Shown here: positions 1 through 8,273 of the stretch, one piece after another
Numbering within the stretch: the first letter of the stretch is position 1
How the letters are laid out: every line of letters begins with the position of its first letter
NCBI RefSeq assembly: GCF_000175255.2
Contig: NC_017262.1
Coordinates: 600,001-632,000 of the forward strand
DNA length: 32,000 nucleotides
Direction of reading: 5' to 3'
Source: Zymomonas mobilis subsp. mobilis ATCC 10988
GTDB lineage: Bacteria; Pseudomonadota; Alphaproteobacteria; Sphingomonadales; Sphingomonadaceae
Notes under the pieces: generated by a model
Told to the model about the DNA's origin: nothing
The model's input: the letters and a program-made list of their open reading frames with translations, nothing else
Databases searched by the model: none
Made by a program: the position numbers and the translations under genes

Positions 1-1761
1 CTCTTCAATACGCGTCCCGATTGGCGCTCTAACATGAAGCGTAATCGATCCGGTATCAATCGACGGGAAGAAATTCCGTCCCAGAAAAGGCGACAGAGTA
101 AAGGACAGAATAACAAAGCCGTAAAAAGCAACAATAAACAGCCATTTTGCGCGCAATGCCTTTTCCAAAAGATGGACATAGCCAAGGCGCATTTTTTCAA
201 AATGATGCTCGAAACCCTGCTGGAAACGGACAAAGATATTCGACGATTTCACCGCATGTTCGGGGTCATGTTTATGCGGAATCGGCTTCAATAAATACAT
301 CGCCAAAGTCGGCACCAAGGTGCGAGACAGCAGGAATGAGGCCAACATCGCAAAGATAACCGACATCCCCATCGGCGCGAACAGGAATCCGGCGATCCCC
401 GGCAAAAAGAACATCGGGACAAAGGGAATACAAATACAAAGCGTTGAAACCAAAGCAGGTGTTGCGATCTGCATCGCCCCGTCAATAATGGCTGGAATAA
501 CGTCTTTGCCATGCTCAAGATGCCAGTTGATATTCTCGATCGTGACGGTGCCGTCATCGACCAAGATACCCACAGCCAGCGCCAATCCTCCCAAGGTCAT
601 GATATTCAGCGTTTGACCAAAGGCCGAAAGCAATCCCAAAGCTGACATAATCGCCAAAGGAATAGAAATAGCGATGATGACCGTTGACCGCCAAGAACCA
701 AGGAACAACATAATCATCAAGCTGGTCAAAACGGCCGCAATCGCCGCTTCTCTAGCTACCCCAGAAATAGCTTCCTGAACAAAAATCGCCTGATTGGTCA
801 AAGCGTCAACCCGCAAAGTGCTGGGCAAGCCAACCAGCAAGCTCGGAATTTTGGCAAGAATACCCGCCGCCACAGAAACAGTCGAAGCCGAACCATTTTT
901 ATACACCGTCAGCAAAACGGAACGTGCGCCATCGACATGGACAACATTCGTCTGCGGAGCGGCACCATCACGCACATGGGCAACATCGCTGACATAAACG
1001 GTCGCACCATTCACGGTTTTAATCGGCAAATGGTTAAGCTGCTCGGTAGAACCCGGCACGTTATTGAGGCGGATATTATACTGATAAGGGCCTATTTTGG
1101 CGAAACCGGCTGGCGTAATCTGGGTCTGTTGAGCAATGGTATTTGAAATATCTTGAGCGGTTAGACCCTTAGATTGCAAAGCATGGGGATCAACGTCAAA
1201 TTGTATCTGACGCACACGCCCACCCCAAGGATAAGGGATAGCCGACCCCGGAACAGTAATAAGACCGGCACGTACGGCGTTAAAACTAAGGTCATTCAGC
1301 TGCTGTTCGGTTAAACCTTTACCATGAACAGAAAGCTGTAAAATCGGAACGGTGGACGCACTATAATTCAGGATAAGCGGAGGGTTGATCCCTCGCGGCA
1401 AAGATCGCAAAACTGTCTGGGCGCTGGCGGTAATCTGGGCATTGGCCAGACGAATATCCGTTCCCGGCTGAAAGAAAATCTTCACAATACCGAAATTGGC
1501 AATCGACATCGCTTCCAGATGGTCAATATTATTGACAACCGTTGTCATCGCTCGCTGGTAAGGCGTATTGATCCGGCTTTGGATGTCATCAGGGGACATC
1601 CCCTGAAACTGCCAAATGACAGCCACAATCGGGATTTTAATATCAGGAAAAATATCGGTCGGTGTTTTAAAGGCGGATAAAATCCCCACAATAAAAATCA
1701 TCACCGCCATAACAATAAAAGTATAAGGGCGACGGAGAGCAATGCGTACCAGCGCGAGCAT
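1..1761 (-). CDS. RND (AcrB/AcrD/AcrF-type) efflux transporter permease. The N-terminal 587 codons are present and the gene continues past the left edge.
   Basis: My own minus-strand translation from the ATG at 1761-1759 is open down to position 1. It reads MLALVRIALRRPYTFIVMAVMIFIVGILSAFKTPTDIFPDIKIPIV...LGGLALAVGILVDDGTVTIENI...GFLFAPMGMSVIFAMLASFLLSRTLVP, a typical RND TM1 / periplasmic loop / TM4 pattern. The ORF is absent from the supplied track because it has no stop inside the window. The short listed ORFs at 34-1146 are shadow frames. Confidence 0.9.
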   Translation of the reverse strand, partial: MLALVRIALRRPYTFIVMAVMIFIVGILSAFKTPTDIFPDIKIPIVAVIWQFQGMSPDDIQSRINTPYQRAMTTVVNNIDHLEAMSIANFGIVKIFFQPGTDIRLANAQITASAQTVLRSLPRGINPPLILNYSASTVPILQLSVHGKGLTEQQLNDLSFNAVRAGLITVPGSAIPYPWGGRVRQIQFDVDPHALQSKGLTAQDISNTIAQQTQITPAGFAKIGPYQYNIRLNNVPGSTEQLNHLPIKTVNGATVYVSDVAHVRDGAAPQTNVVHVDGARSVLLTVYKNGSASTVSVAAGILAKIPSLLVGLPSTLRVDALTNQAIFVQEAISGVAREAAIAAVLTSLMIMLFLGSWRSTVIIAISIPLAIMSALGLLSAFGQTLNIMTLGGLALAVGILVDDGTVTIENINWHLEHGKDVIPAIIDGAMQIATPALVSTLCICIPFVPMFFLPGIAGFLFAPMGMSVIFAMLASFLLSRTLVPTLAMYLLKPIPHKHDPEHAVKSSNIFVRFQQGFEHHFEKMRLGYVHLLEKALRAKWLFIVAFYGFVILSFTLSPFLGRNFFPSIDTGSITLHVRAPIGTRIEE

Positions 1762-1791
1762 AAGCGGTGTTCCAGATCGTTGATACGGATG

Positions 1792-1825
1792 TCTGTTTGA
1801 TTTGCTTTTCTAAAAATCAAACAGA
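1792..1825. promoter_or_regulatory. Perfect 12-bp inverted repeat (TCTGTTTGATTT-N10-AAATCAAACAGA). It is a candidate operator or leader hairpin for the RND gene.
   Basis: The arms at 1792-1803 and 1814-1825 are exact reverse complements. The repeat lies 31-64 bp upstream of the RND start codon in the divergent intergenic region. Confidence 0.35.
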
Positions 1826-2028
1826 AGCAAAAAATAACGCGTCGTTGTAATTGTTTTACAGCCTATTTATGTCTGATATGCAACGTTAAATTTTCAATTT
1901 TAAATGTTAAATTTTTTTAGATCATGCCCAGTCGAATATCATAGCTGGCATTTTCTATTTAGCCCATCCTATAGCATATTTATGCCTTTTAAAGGGCAAA
2001 AGCGGCATAATAAAAGGGATAATTCACT

Positions 2029-2712
2029 ATGCCAACGACCTCCCATTCAGGAAAAATGCCCCTAGAAGCGACGGTTATTCCAGTTACGCCTCTACGTCAA
2101 AATTGCAGTTTGCTTTATTGCGTAGAAACAATGAAGGGTGCCATCGTTGATCCGGGTGGTGATATCCCTCTCATTCTTGATTCTATCACGAAAAAACAGG
2201 TCACGGTTGAAAAGATTCTTATCACCCATGGCCATTTTGACCATTGCGGCGGAGCAGCCGCTCTCAGCCAGATTCTTGGCTGCCCCATTATCGGGCCTCA
2301 TCCTGATGATCAGTTCTGGATTGACCAAATTCCTGAAAATGCACAACAATATGGCTTTGAAGGTGAAAGTTTTACCCCCGACCAGTGGTTAAAAGACAAA
2401 GATGAAATCACGCTTGGAGAAGAACGGCTTTTAGTGCGGCATTGTCCAGGACATACACCGGGGCATGTCGTTTTTTACAACGCTGCTTCACATTTAGCGA
2501 TTGTTGGTGATGTTCTGTTTCGGAATTCAATAGGGCGCAGTGACTTTGCGGGAGGCGATCATCAAGCCTTAATTCAATCTATCACCGAAAAATTATGGCC
2601 GATGGGACGCGAAACCGTCTTTATTCCGGGTCATGGCCGTCCCTCCACTTTCGGGGCAGAAAGGGATCATAACCCCTTTGTGGCAGATTCGGTGCTAGGT
2701 CTTATGCCCTGA
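2029..2712 (+). CDS. MBL-fold metallo-hydrolase, YcbL/GloC-like (type II glyoxalase-like)
   Basis: The 227-aa ORF has the metallo-beta-lactamase motif THGHFDHCGG, then HCPGHTPGHVVF, GDVLF..SIGRSDF and IPGHG. From memory the overall layout closely resembles E. coli YcbL. An alternative start at the ATG at 2056 (MPLEATVIPV) is possible. Confidence 0.85.
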   Translation: MPTTSHSGKMPLEATVIPVTPLRQNCSLLYCVETMKGAIVDPGGDIPLILDSITKKQVTVEKILITHGHFDHCGGAAALSQILGCPIIGPHPDDQFWIDQIPENAQQYGFEGESFTPDQWLKDKDEITLGEERLLVRHCPGHTPGHVVFYNAASHLAIVGDVLFRNSIGRSDFAGGDHQALIQSITEKLWPMGRETVFIPGHGRPSTFGAERDHNPFVADSVLGLMP

Positions 2713-2726
2713 TATAATCAGGGCAT
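2704..2726. terminator. Perfect 9-bp stem / 5-nt loop hairpin between convergent genes, with no U-tract
   Basis: ATGCCCTGA-TATAA-TCAGGGCAT. It includes the TGA stop of the MBL gene and sits between the convergent genes ending at 2712 (+) and 2743 (-). There is no flanking T or A run, so terminator function is uncertain. Confidence 0.3.
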
Positions 2727-2742
2727 CAAAACGACCTAAATT

Positions 2743-3369
2743 TTATTGCTTCCACGCCCAATAAAGTTGGGCTGGGGGAATATTGATCCATTCCATCTCA
2801 TGATCGATATCAGAGAAAACGGGATCAAGAAAATTTTTCACCTTAGGTGAAAATTGATAAACCAGAAAAGCCCCCCCTTTTCTCAAAGCCGCGCCGGTTT
2901 CATGGGCAATGGTCGCACCAACGCCCTCTGGCAAGGTCGAAAAAGGCAGTCCTGACAAGATATAATCGGCATTATCAAAACCATGGGCTTTGATAATCGA
3001 GCGAACATCCGCCGCAGATCCATTCACAGCGATAAAACGCGGATCTTTGATCGTGCTTTTAAGATAGGCAACAAAATCAGGATTGGTGTCTATCGCGATC
3101 AAGGTCGCATCCGGTGCCATCCGGCTCAAAACATGGGGACAAAAAGTCCCGACACCTGGGCCATATTCAACAAATAATTTGGTATTGCTCCAGTCGGTTT
3201 TAGACAACATCCGGTGAATCAGTTTCTGCGATGACGGAATTATTGATCCCACCATCACCGGATGCTTCAGAAATCCTTGAAAAAATATAGCAAAAGGGTT
3301 TGGCCGTTTTTGGGCTTTTTGGCGGCCATGAACCCCTTTCAAGGTATCATCTGCGGAAGATCCTGTCAT
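2743..3369 (-). CDS. Class I SAM-dependent methyltransferase, COG3963 phospholipid N-methyltransferase-like
   Basis: The 208-aa ORF carries the N-terminal signature FLKHPVMVGSIIPSSQKLIHRM and the SAM motif I VEYGPGVGTF. Both recall PmtA-type phosphatidylethanolamine N-methyltransferases. Confidence 0.75.
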   Translation of the reverse strand: MTGSSADDTLKGVHGRQKAQKRPNPFAIFFQGFLKHPVMVGSIIPSSQKLIHRMLSKTDWSNTKLFVEYGPGVGTFCPHVLSRMAPDATLIAIDTNPDFVAYLKSTIKDPRFIAVNGSAADVRSIIKAHGFDNADYILSGLPFSTLPEGVGATIAHETGAALRKGGAFLVYQFSPKVKNFLDPVFSDIDHEMEWINIPPAQLYWAWKQ

Positions 3370-3636
3370 CGCTACTCCAAAACTTATTGACTATCTTGGG
3401 CAGGGCTTGCCCGCAAAGGCCTTTCGTTCGCACAAATTATGCGGGGAAGGCAAGCGTTGCTAGCAATTATTTGTCGAAAATCAGGGGTAAATTTTAAACT
3501 TACAGGCAATTATTTTTATCAAAAATAGCTAAGACGAGAAAAAGTAGGACAATATTAAGACTCTTTCCCTAGCAATGCAGCATTAAAAAATCTCTACGGC
3601 TCTGCATAGAAATATAAATTGTCACCGTTGTCAGAA

Positions 3637-3735
3637 TAAAAAAAAGGTCGGTCTTAACGACCGACCGTAGTATTAGGAGAGGATGCCTGAAAGGCACTTT
3701 CTTAATGAGCGATTCCCAGAAAAAAGGCAATTGCT
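3637..3735 (-). ncRNA. Candidate small RNA of about 95 nt, predicted and unverified
   Basis: A sigma70-like promoter (3738-3766, minus) and a strong intrinsic terminator (3638-3666, minus) bracket about 95 nt that contain no ATG. The predicted layout is a 5' region, then the hairpin GUGCCU-UUC-AGGCAU, then a single-stranded CCUCUCCUAAUACUAC stretch, then the terminator. Confidence 0.4.
3638..3666 (-). terminator. Rho-independent terminator, minus strand
   Basis: On the minus strand the sequence reads GGTCGGTC-GTTAA-GACCGACC followed by T8, which is the plus-strand A8 at 3638-3645. The plus-strand side lacks a T-tract, so it is unidirectional. No minus-strand CDS lies upstream of it. Confidence 0.75.
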
Positions 3736-3737
3736 AA

Positions 3738-3766
3738 AAAATATCTTGCAATTGCATTTTTTGCAA
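3738..3766 (-). promoter_or_regulatory. Predicted sigma70-type promoter, TTGCAA-N17-TATTTT, minus strand
   Basis: The -35 TTGCAA is at 3761-3766 and the -10 TATTTT at 3738-3743, with exactly 17 nt between them. This is a motif match by eye only. Confidence 0.35.
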
Positions 3767-3896
3767 CGACAAATAGGCTAAAATAGCAATGATACCGTAG
3801 GACATGCAGAAAATGAAACCATAAGCCCCCCATAATGGCTCTTTTTTTATCCCCAAAAACTTTCATTTTTCATAATAAAGTTAGGAAAAAACACGC

Positions 3897-4796
3897 ATGC
3901 GCAGGTTACCGCCCCTAACGGCCATTGAAGCTTTTGTGCAGGTAGCCCGTCTGGGATCAATCAAAGCCGCTGCTGAAGCCCTCTCGCTTTCTTCTCCGGC
4001 TCTAAGCCGCCGGATTCAGCAATTAGAAAGATTTGTTAATAGACGGCTTTTTATCAGACAGCATCAGGCCATGCGGCTTAATGGTGACGGGGAAACGCTT
4101 TATCATCGTCTAGGGCCCGCGCTCGATATTCTGGCCGAGGCCGTCGAAATCTCGACCAGCGGTGGACATGAATTATTGCGTTTAAGATTAGGAGTTCCGC
4201 CCCTTTACGCCTCACAAAAATTGATAAAACGCATCACCCATCTGCGACAACATCACAAAGAACTGCATATTGATGTCGATACCGCTCCTTATGCACTTTC
4301 TCGCCTTGGGGAAGGCCTTGATGCCGTGATAACTTTGGCGCGGGATATTGATCCCGCTTTTTATTCTTACAGGCTCGGCTTTAATAAAATCATGCTTTTT
4401 GCGGCACCCGAATTTGTTGAAGGGGAAAATGCGCTCAAGCATCCCGAAGATTTAGCGAAAACGACTTTGTTTTTACATCGGGACATGCCGGATAATTTCA
4501 CAACATGGCGCGAAGCCATCGGCCTTCCTAAATTGGAACCGGCAGCCATCGACTTTTTTGATTCTGGACAATTGATGCTGGATGCCGCCGCTGGGGGTAT
4601 GGGAATCGCCTGTCTTTTGGATTGTAATTACAAAGGACAATATAAAACGAGCCTAAGACCCATTTTCAGCAGCAATATAGATAGCCCTTATAGCTATTGG
4701 TTTGCTTGCCGTCGCGCTTCATTGGGACGGCGACCCGTTCGACTATTTCACGAATGGCTCACTAACCCGCCCAAAGAAGAAACAAGGGCGGGTTAG
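3897..4796 (+). CDS. LysR-family transcriptional regulator, GcvA-like N-terminus
   Basis: The 299-aa ORF has an N-terminal wHTH (RLPPLTAIEAFVQVARLGSIKAAAEALSLSSPALSRRIQQLE) and a C-terminal LysR substrate-binding region. Confidence 0.9.
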   Translation: MRRLPPLTAIEAFVQVARLGSIKAAAEALSLSSPALSRRIQQLERFVNRRLFIRQHQAMRLNGDGETLYHRLGPALDILAEAVEISTSGGHELLRLRLGVPPLYASQKLIKRITHLRQHHKELHIDVDTAPYALSRLGEGLDAVITLARDIDPAFYSYRLGFNKIMLFAAPEFVEGENALKHPEDLAKTTLFLHRDMPDNFTTWREAIGLPKLEPAAIDFFDSGQLMLDAAAGGMGIACLLDCNYKGQYKTSLRPIFSSNIDSPYSYWFACRRASLGRRPVRLFHEWLTNPPKEETRAG

Positions 4797-4806
4797 AAGA
4801 GGATAA

Positions 4807-5274
4807 TTATTTATCAGCCGCAATACGGACTTTGATAATCTTACCGGGATTCGCAGGCGGTTCACCCTTCGGCAAAGCGTCAATATGCTCCATCCCTTCG
4901 ATCACTTCACCCCAAACGCTATATTGGCGATCAAGGAAAGTGGCATCACCAAAGCAGATGAAAAACTGGCTGTTGGCAGAATGCGGATAAGAGGTGCGTG
5001 CCATCGAGCAGACACCACGGATATGTTTGGCATCGGAAAATTCAGCCTGAAGATCCGGTTTGTCAGAACCTGACATGCCAGTTCCCGTCGGGTCGCCGCC
5101 CTGCGCCATAAAGCCCGGAATAACCCGATGGAAAACAATACCATCATAGAAGCCTTCACGGGTCAGCTCTTTGATGCGCTCGACATGCTTGGGGGCTAAA
5201 TCAGGACGCAACCGAATCGTTACGTCACCACCATCCACCGTCATAATCAAAAGATTTTCGGGATCATCAGCCAT
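4807..5274 (-). CDS. ppiB: Cyclophilin-type peptidyl-prolyl cis-trans isomerase
   Basis: Cyclophilin motifs are present (FHRVIPGFMAQGGDP, SMARTSYPHSANSQFFI). The tracked ORF begins at a TTG at 5304. The ATG at 5274 is preceded by GAAGGAGG at the right spacing, so I use it as the start. Confidence 0.9.
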   Translation of the reverse strand: MADDPENLLIMTVDGGDVTIRLRPDLAPKHVERIKELTREGFYDGIVFHRVIPGFMAQGGDPTGTGMSGSDKPDLQAEFSDAKHIRGVCSMARTSYPHSANSQFFICFGDATFLDRQYSVWGEVIEGMEHIDALPKGEPPANPGKIIKVRIAADK

Positions 5275-5486
5275 ATTCCGGCCTCCTTCATCGAAAAATA
5301 ACAAGAGCTTTTAGTTAGGCGGTAAGTGATAGAGATGCCAGCCTTTTTCCCTGAGCAAAGAATATGATAAGGGGCTGTCACATAAATCTAAATAACATTG
5401 GTTAGAATAAAGGGTCTTTTTATTTTCAACAGAAAGCAGAGCATCCGGCAATCGGGCAGGATAATATCCGAAGGGAGGAAGCGGAT

Positions 5487-6962
5487 ATGAAAAAATCGAC
5501 AATAGACAATGCAGAAACTGCCATGGACGAACAGGAAAAAAACGGCCTTGCGCCCGATCAACCGGATTCTTTGGAAGAAAGAGGATCGTCTATTCCCAAT
5601 AGTCAGGAAGAAGAAAACCGCCTTGCCTCCGAATTTGTTCGGCAAATTGTCTCACTCATAGAAGAAGGCGATAATCAGGCCGTTTATGACATGGTGGCAC
5701 CGCTTCATCCTGCGGATATTGCCGAATTATTTGCTCAAGCTCCTGTTGAAATTCGTCGTCCTTTAGCGGCGGCCATCACCGATTTGATGAGTGGTGAAGT
5801 CATTTCCGAAATGAACGAATGGGTTCGGGAAGATTTGCTTAAATCCCTAACCGGACAGGAAGTGGCGAATATCATCGCCCAGCTTGATCTTGATGATGCG
5901 GTGGTTATCGTCAGCGAGCTGGACGCACAAAAACAGCAAGAAACGTTACAGGCCTTATCTTCCGAAGACAGAGCCGCGATCGAGCGCGCGCTGTCTTTCC
6001 CGCTGGAATCTGCGGGACGGATGATGCAACGCAATCTTGTGGCGGTGCATGAGAATATGAGCGTTGGCGATGTCATTCATTATCTGCGCCAAAATGATGA
6101 TCTGACGACCGATTTTTGGGAAGTCTTTGTCGTTGACCCATCCCATCGACCGATAGGCACCTGTAAATTATCAAAATTACTCCGAATGCCGCGTCATGCC
6201 CTGATACAGGATATTATGCAGCCGGAACAAACCCTCATTCCGGTCACCATGGATCAGGAAGAGGTTGCCTTACGTTTCCAAAAATACGGGTTGATATCCG
6301 CCGCCGTTGTCGATGAATCCGGCCGCCTTGTCGGTATGATTACGGTTGATGATATTATCCATATCATCAGGGACGAAGCCGATGAAGATATCCTGAAACT
6401 TTCCGGTGCCGGTGATGGCGATATCAACGAACCGGTTCTTGATAGTTATAAAAGTCGGGTGCGCTGGTTGATTACCAATCTTGGCACCGCCTTGGTGGCG
6501 TCAACCATTATCGGCTTTTTTGAAGGCACCATTGCCCGCATGGTCGAATTGGCAACTCTGATGCCGATTGTCGCCGGTGTCGGCGGCAATGCCGGATCAC
6601 AAACGATGGCCGTCACCGTTCGCGCCTTGGCAACCAATCAGCTTACCGCTTCCAACTGCGTCCGCTCTATCACTCGTGAATTACGGATTGCATTGTTAAA
6701 CGGTTTAACCGTGGCTTGTGTCTTGGGGGCTGGCACATGGCTAGTCTTCCATAATGTCTTGCTGACAGAAGTTATCGCCTTAGCCATTATGAGCAATATC
6801 ATCATTGGCGGATTGGCCGGCGTGTTGGTGCCTCTCACCTTTGACCGCGCAGGCAGCGATCCTGCGGTGGCATCCTCTATTTTTGTGACTATGACAACCG
6901 ATGCGATGGGCTTCCTTACATTTTTGGGATTGGCCACGGTCAGCGGTCTAACAGGTGCCTAA
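5487..6962 (+). CDS. mgtE: Magnesium transporter MgtE
   Basis: The 491-aa ORF has the MgtE N-domain, tandem CBS region (GRLVGMITVDDIIHII) and the C-terminal TM domain with PIVAGVGGNAGSQT. GGGAGG lies upstream of the ATG. Confidence 0.92.
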   Translation: MKKSTIDNAETAMDEQEKNGLAPDQPDSLEERGSSIPNSQEEENRLASEFVRQIVSLIEEGDNQAVYDMVAPLHPADIAELFAQAPVEIRRPLAAAITDLMSGEVISEMNEWVREDLLKSLTGQEVANIIAQLDLDDAVVIVSELDAQKQQETLQALSSEDRAAIERALSFPLESAGRMMQRNLVAVHENMSVGDVIHYLRQNDDLTTDFWEVFVVDPSHRPIGTCKLSKLLRMPRHALIQDIMQPEQTLIPVTMDQEEVALRFQKYGLISAAVVDESGRLVGMITVDDIIHIIRDEADEDILKLSGAGDGDINEPVLDSYKSRVRWLITNLGTALVASTIIGFFEGTIARMVELATLMPIVAGVGGNAGSQTMAVTVRALATNQLTASNCVRSITRELRIALLNGLTVACVLGAGTWLVFHNVLLTEVIALAIMSNIIIGGLAGVLVPLTFDRAGSDPAVASSIFVTMTTDAMGFLTFLGLATVSGLTGA

Positions 6963-6986
6963 CGCCCGCCCCAAATAGATTCCATT

Positions 6987-7024
6987 AAAAAAGCAGGTCT
7001 CTCATAAAGGGAGCCTGCTTTTTT
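6987..7024. terminator. Bidirectional intrinsic terminator between mgtE and mnmA
   Basis: AAAAAAGCAGG...CCTGCTTTTTT. A GC stem is flanked by an A6 run on one side and a T6 run on the other, between convergent genes. Confidence 0.7.
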
Positions 7025-7044
7025 CATAGAATAATCAAATAAAA

Positions 7045-8157
7045 TTATTCGGCCAAATCATCAAAGACGGCTGGAGTCGTCTCTTTAATCCAACCCCCTC
7101 CCAAAACTTGGTCACCATCATAGAAAACAGCCGCCTGCCCTGGTGAAACACCATATTCCGGCTTTTCAAATACCAATTCTTTACCATCAAAACGGGCTGA
7201 TACTGGCTTGGCCGCTGAACGGATTTTAACCTGCATCTCGCGATCAAAACCATCGACCAACCAATTCACTTCCTTGATCTCAGCTTTCGCCACAGCCAAA
7301 GCCTGACGCGGGCCTACAACCAGTTGTTTTTTCGCCGGATCAAGTCGAATAACGTAGAGGGGTTCTTTCTGACCGCCAATTTCCAAACCTCGTCGTTGCC
7401 CCACTGTAAAATGGATCAATCCCGAATGTTTGCCCAAAACACGGCCTTGCATATCGACGATATCACCCCCCTGCCCTGATTCTGGACATTTTTCTTCGAC
7501 AATACGGGCGTAATCACCATCGGGAACGAAACAGATATCCTGACTATCGGCTTTCATCGCCACAGACAGACCTAATTCAGCGGCCATCTCTCGCACTTTC
7601 GGCTTGGGTAAACCACCTAAAGGAAAACGCAGATAATCTAGCTGCTCTTTTGTCGTCGCAAAAAGAAAATAACTTTGATCGCGCGCAGGATCTAAAGCAC
7701 GATGCATTTCCACCCGATCATTATTGACCAAACGACGGACATAATGTCCCGTTGCCAAACAATCGGCACCCAATTCACGGGCAACATTTAAAAGATCAGT
7801 AAATTTTACCCCTTGATTGCAACGAATGCACGGCACAGGCGTGCGACCGGCAACATATTCGGAAACGAAATCGTCAATCACGCTTTCTTTGAAATTATTT
7901 TCATAGTCAAAAACGTAATGGGGAATACCGATTTTTTCAGCAACCGCGCGGGCATCACGAATATCCTTACCGGCGCAACAGCTTCCCTTCCGTCCGACAG
8001 CCGCCCCATGGTCATAAAGCTGGAGTGTAATACCAATAGTTTCAGCACCCGTTGCTTTCGCCAAAGCTGCAACGACCGAACTATCGACACCGCCTGACAT
8101 CGCAACAACAATACGTTGTGCTGATTTTGGCTTATCAATCTGAAAATCAATGGACAT
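7045..8157 (-). CDS. mnmA: tRNA-specific 2-thiouridylase MnmA
   Basis: PP-loop motif [11 protein letters not shown], then GKDQSYFL-like DQSYFLF and the catalytic Cys context. The ORF is open up to the ATG at 8196. I prefer the ATG at 8157 ([23 protein letters not shown]) because the N-terminal length is then typical. Both starts have weak SD sequences. Confidence 0.9.
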   Translation of the reverse strand: MSIDFQIDKPKSAQRIVVAMSGGVDSSVVAALAKATGAETIGITLQLYDHGAAVGRKGSCCAGKDIRDARAVAEKIGIPHYVFDYENNFKESVIDDFVSEYVAGRTPVPCIRCNQGVKFTDLLNVARELGADCLATGHYVRRLVNNDRVEMHRALDPARDQSYFLFATTKEQLDYLRFPLGGLPKPKVREMAAELGLSVAMKADSQDICFVPDGDYARIVEEKCPESGQGGDIVDMQGRVLGKHSGLIHFTVGQRRGLEIGGQKEPLYVIRLDPAKKQLVVGPRQALAVAKAEIKEVNWLVDGFDREMQVKIRSAAKPVSARFDGKELVFEKPEYGVSPGQAAVFYDGDQVLGGGWIKETTPAVFDDLAE

Positions 8158-8273
8158 AAGAATTTTGCCTATAACACTCCTGATAACAGGGCGCATATCT
8201 GTTTAAGAAGAAAAAAGCTGGTATGATGCGTTATCTGTTTTAACCGGAATATGAAAGACAAGGCATCTCTTTG

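Noticed and set aside
34-1146. Several 60-100-aa ORFs from the track on both strands: 34-294, 147-359, 288-557, 320-616, 794-997 and 937-1146.
   Set aside because: All lie inside the continuous minus-strand RND permease reading frame (1-1761), which has strong family motifs.
3683-3781. A plus-strand 32-codon ORF (MPERHFLNERFPEKRQLLKNILQLHFLQRQIG) preceded by AGGAGAGG.
   Set aside because: The SD abuts the ATG with spacing that is too short. The adjacent hairpin and A8 run form a terminator only for the opposite strand. I keep it as the alternative hypothesis to the sRNA call and have not excluded it.
5305-5486. A possible Mg2+-sensing M-box riboswitch upstream of mgtE. The region starts with GTTAGGCGGTAAG, reminiscent of the M-box 5' GUUAGGUGAGGC.
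   Set aside because: I could not find the complementary 3' P1 half (CTAAC) or the other conserved M-box blocks in the 180-nt region. Only a weak A/T hairpin is present. It would need cmscan to settle, but by eye it does not fit.
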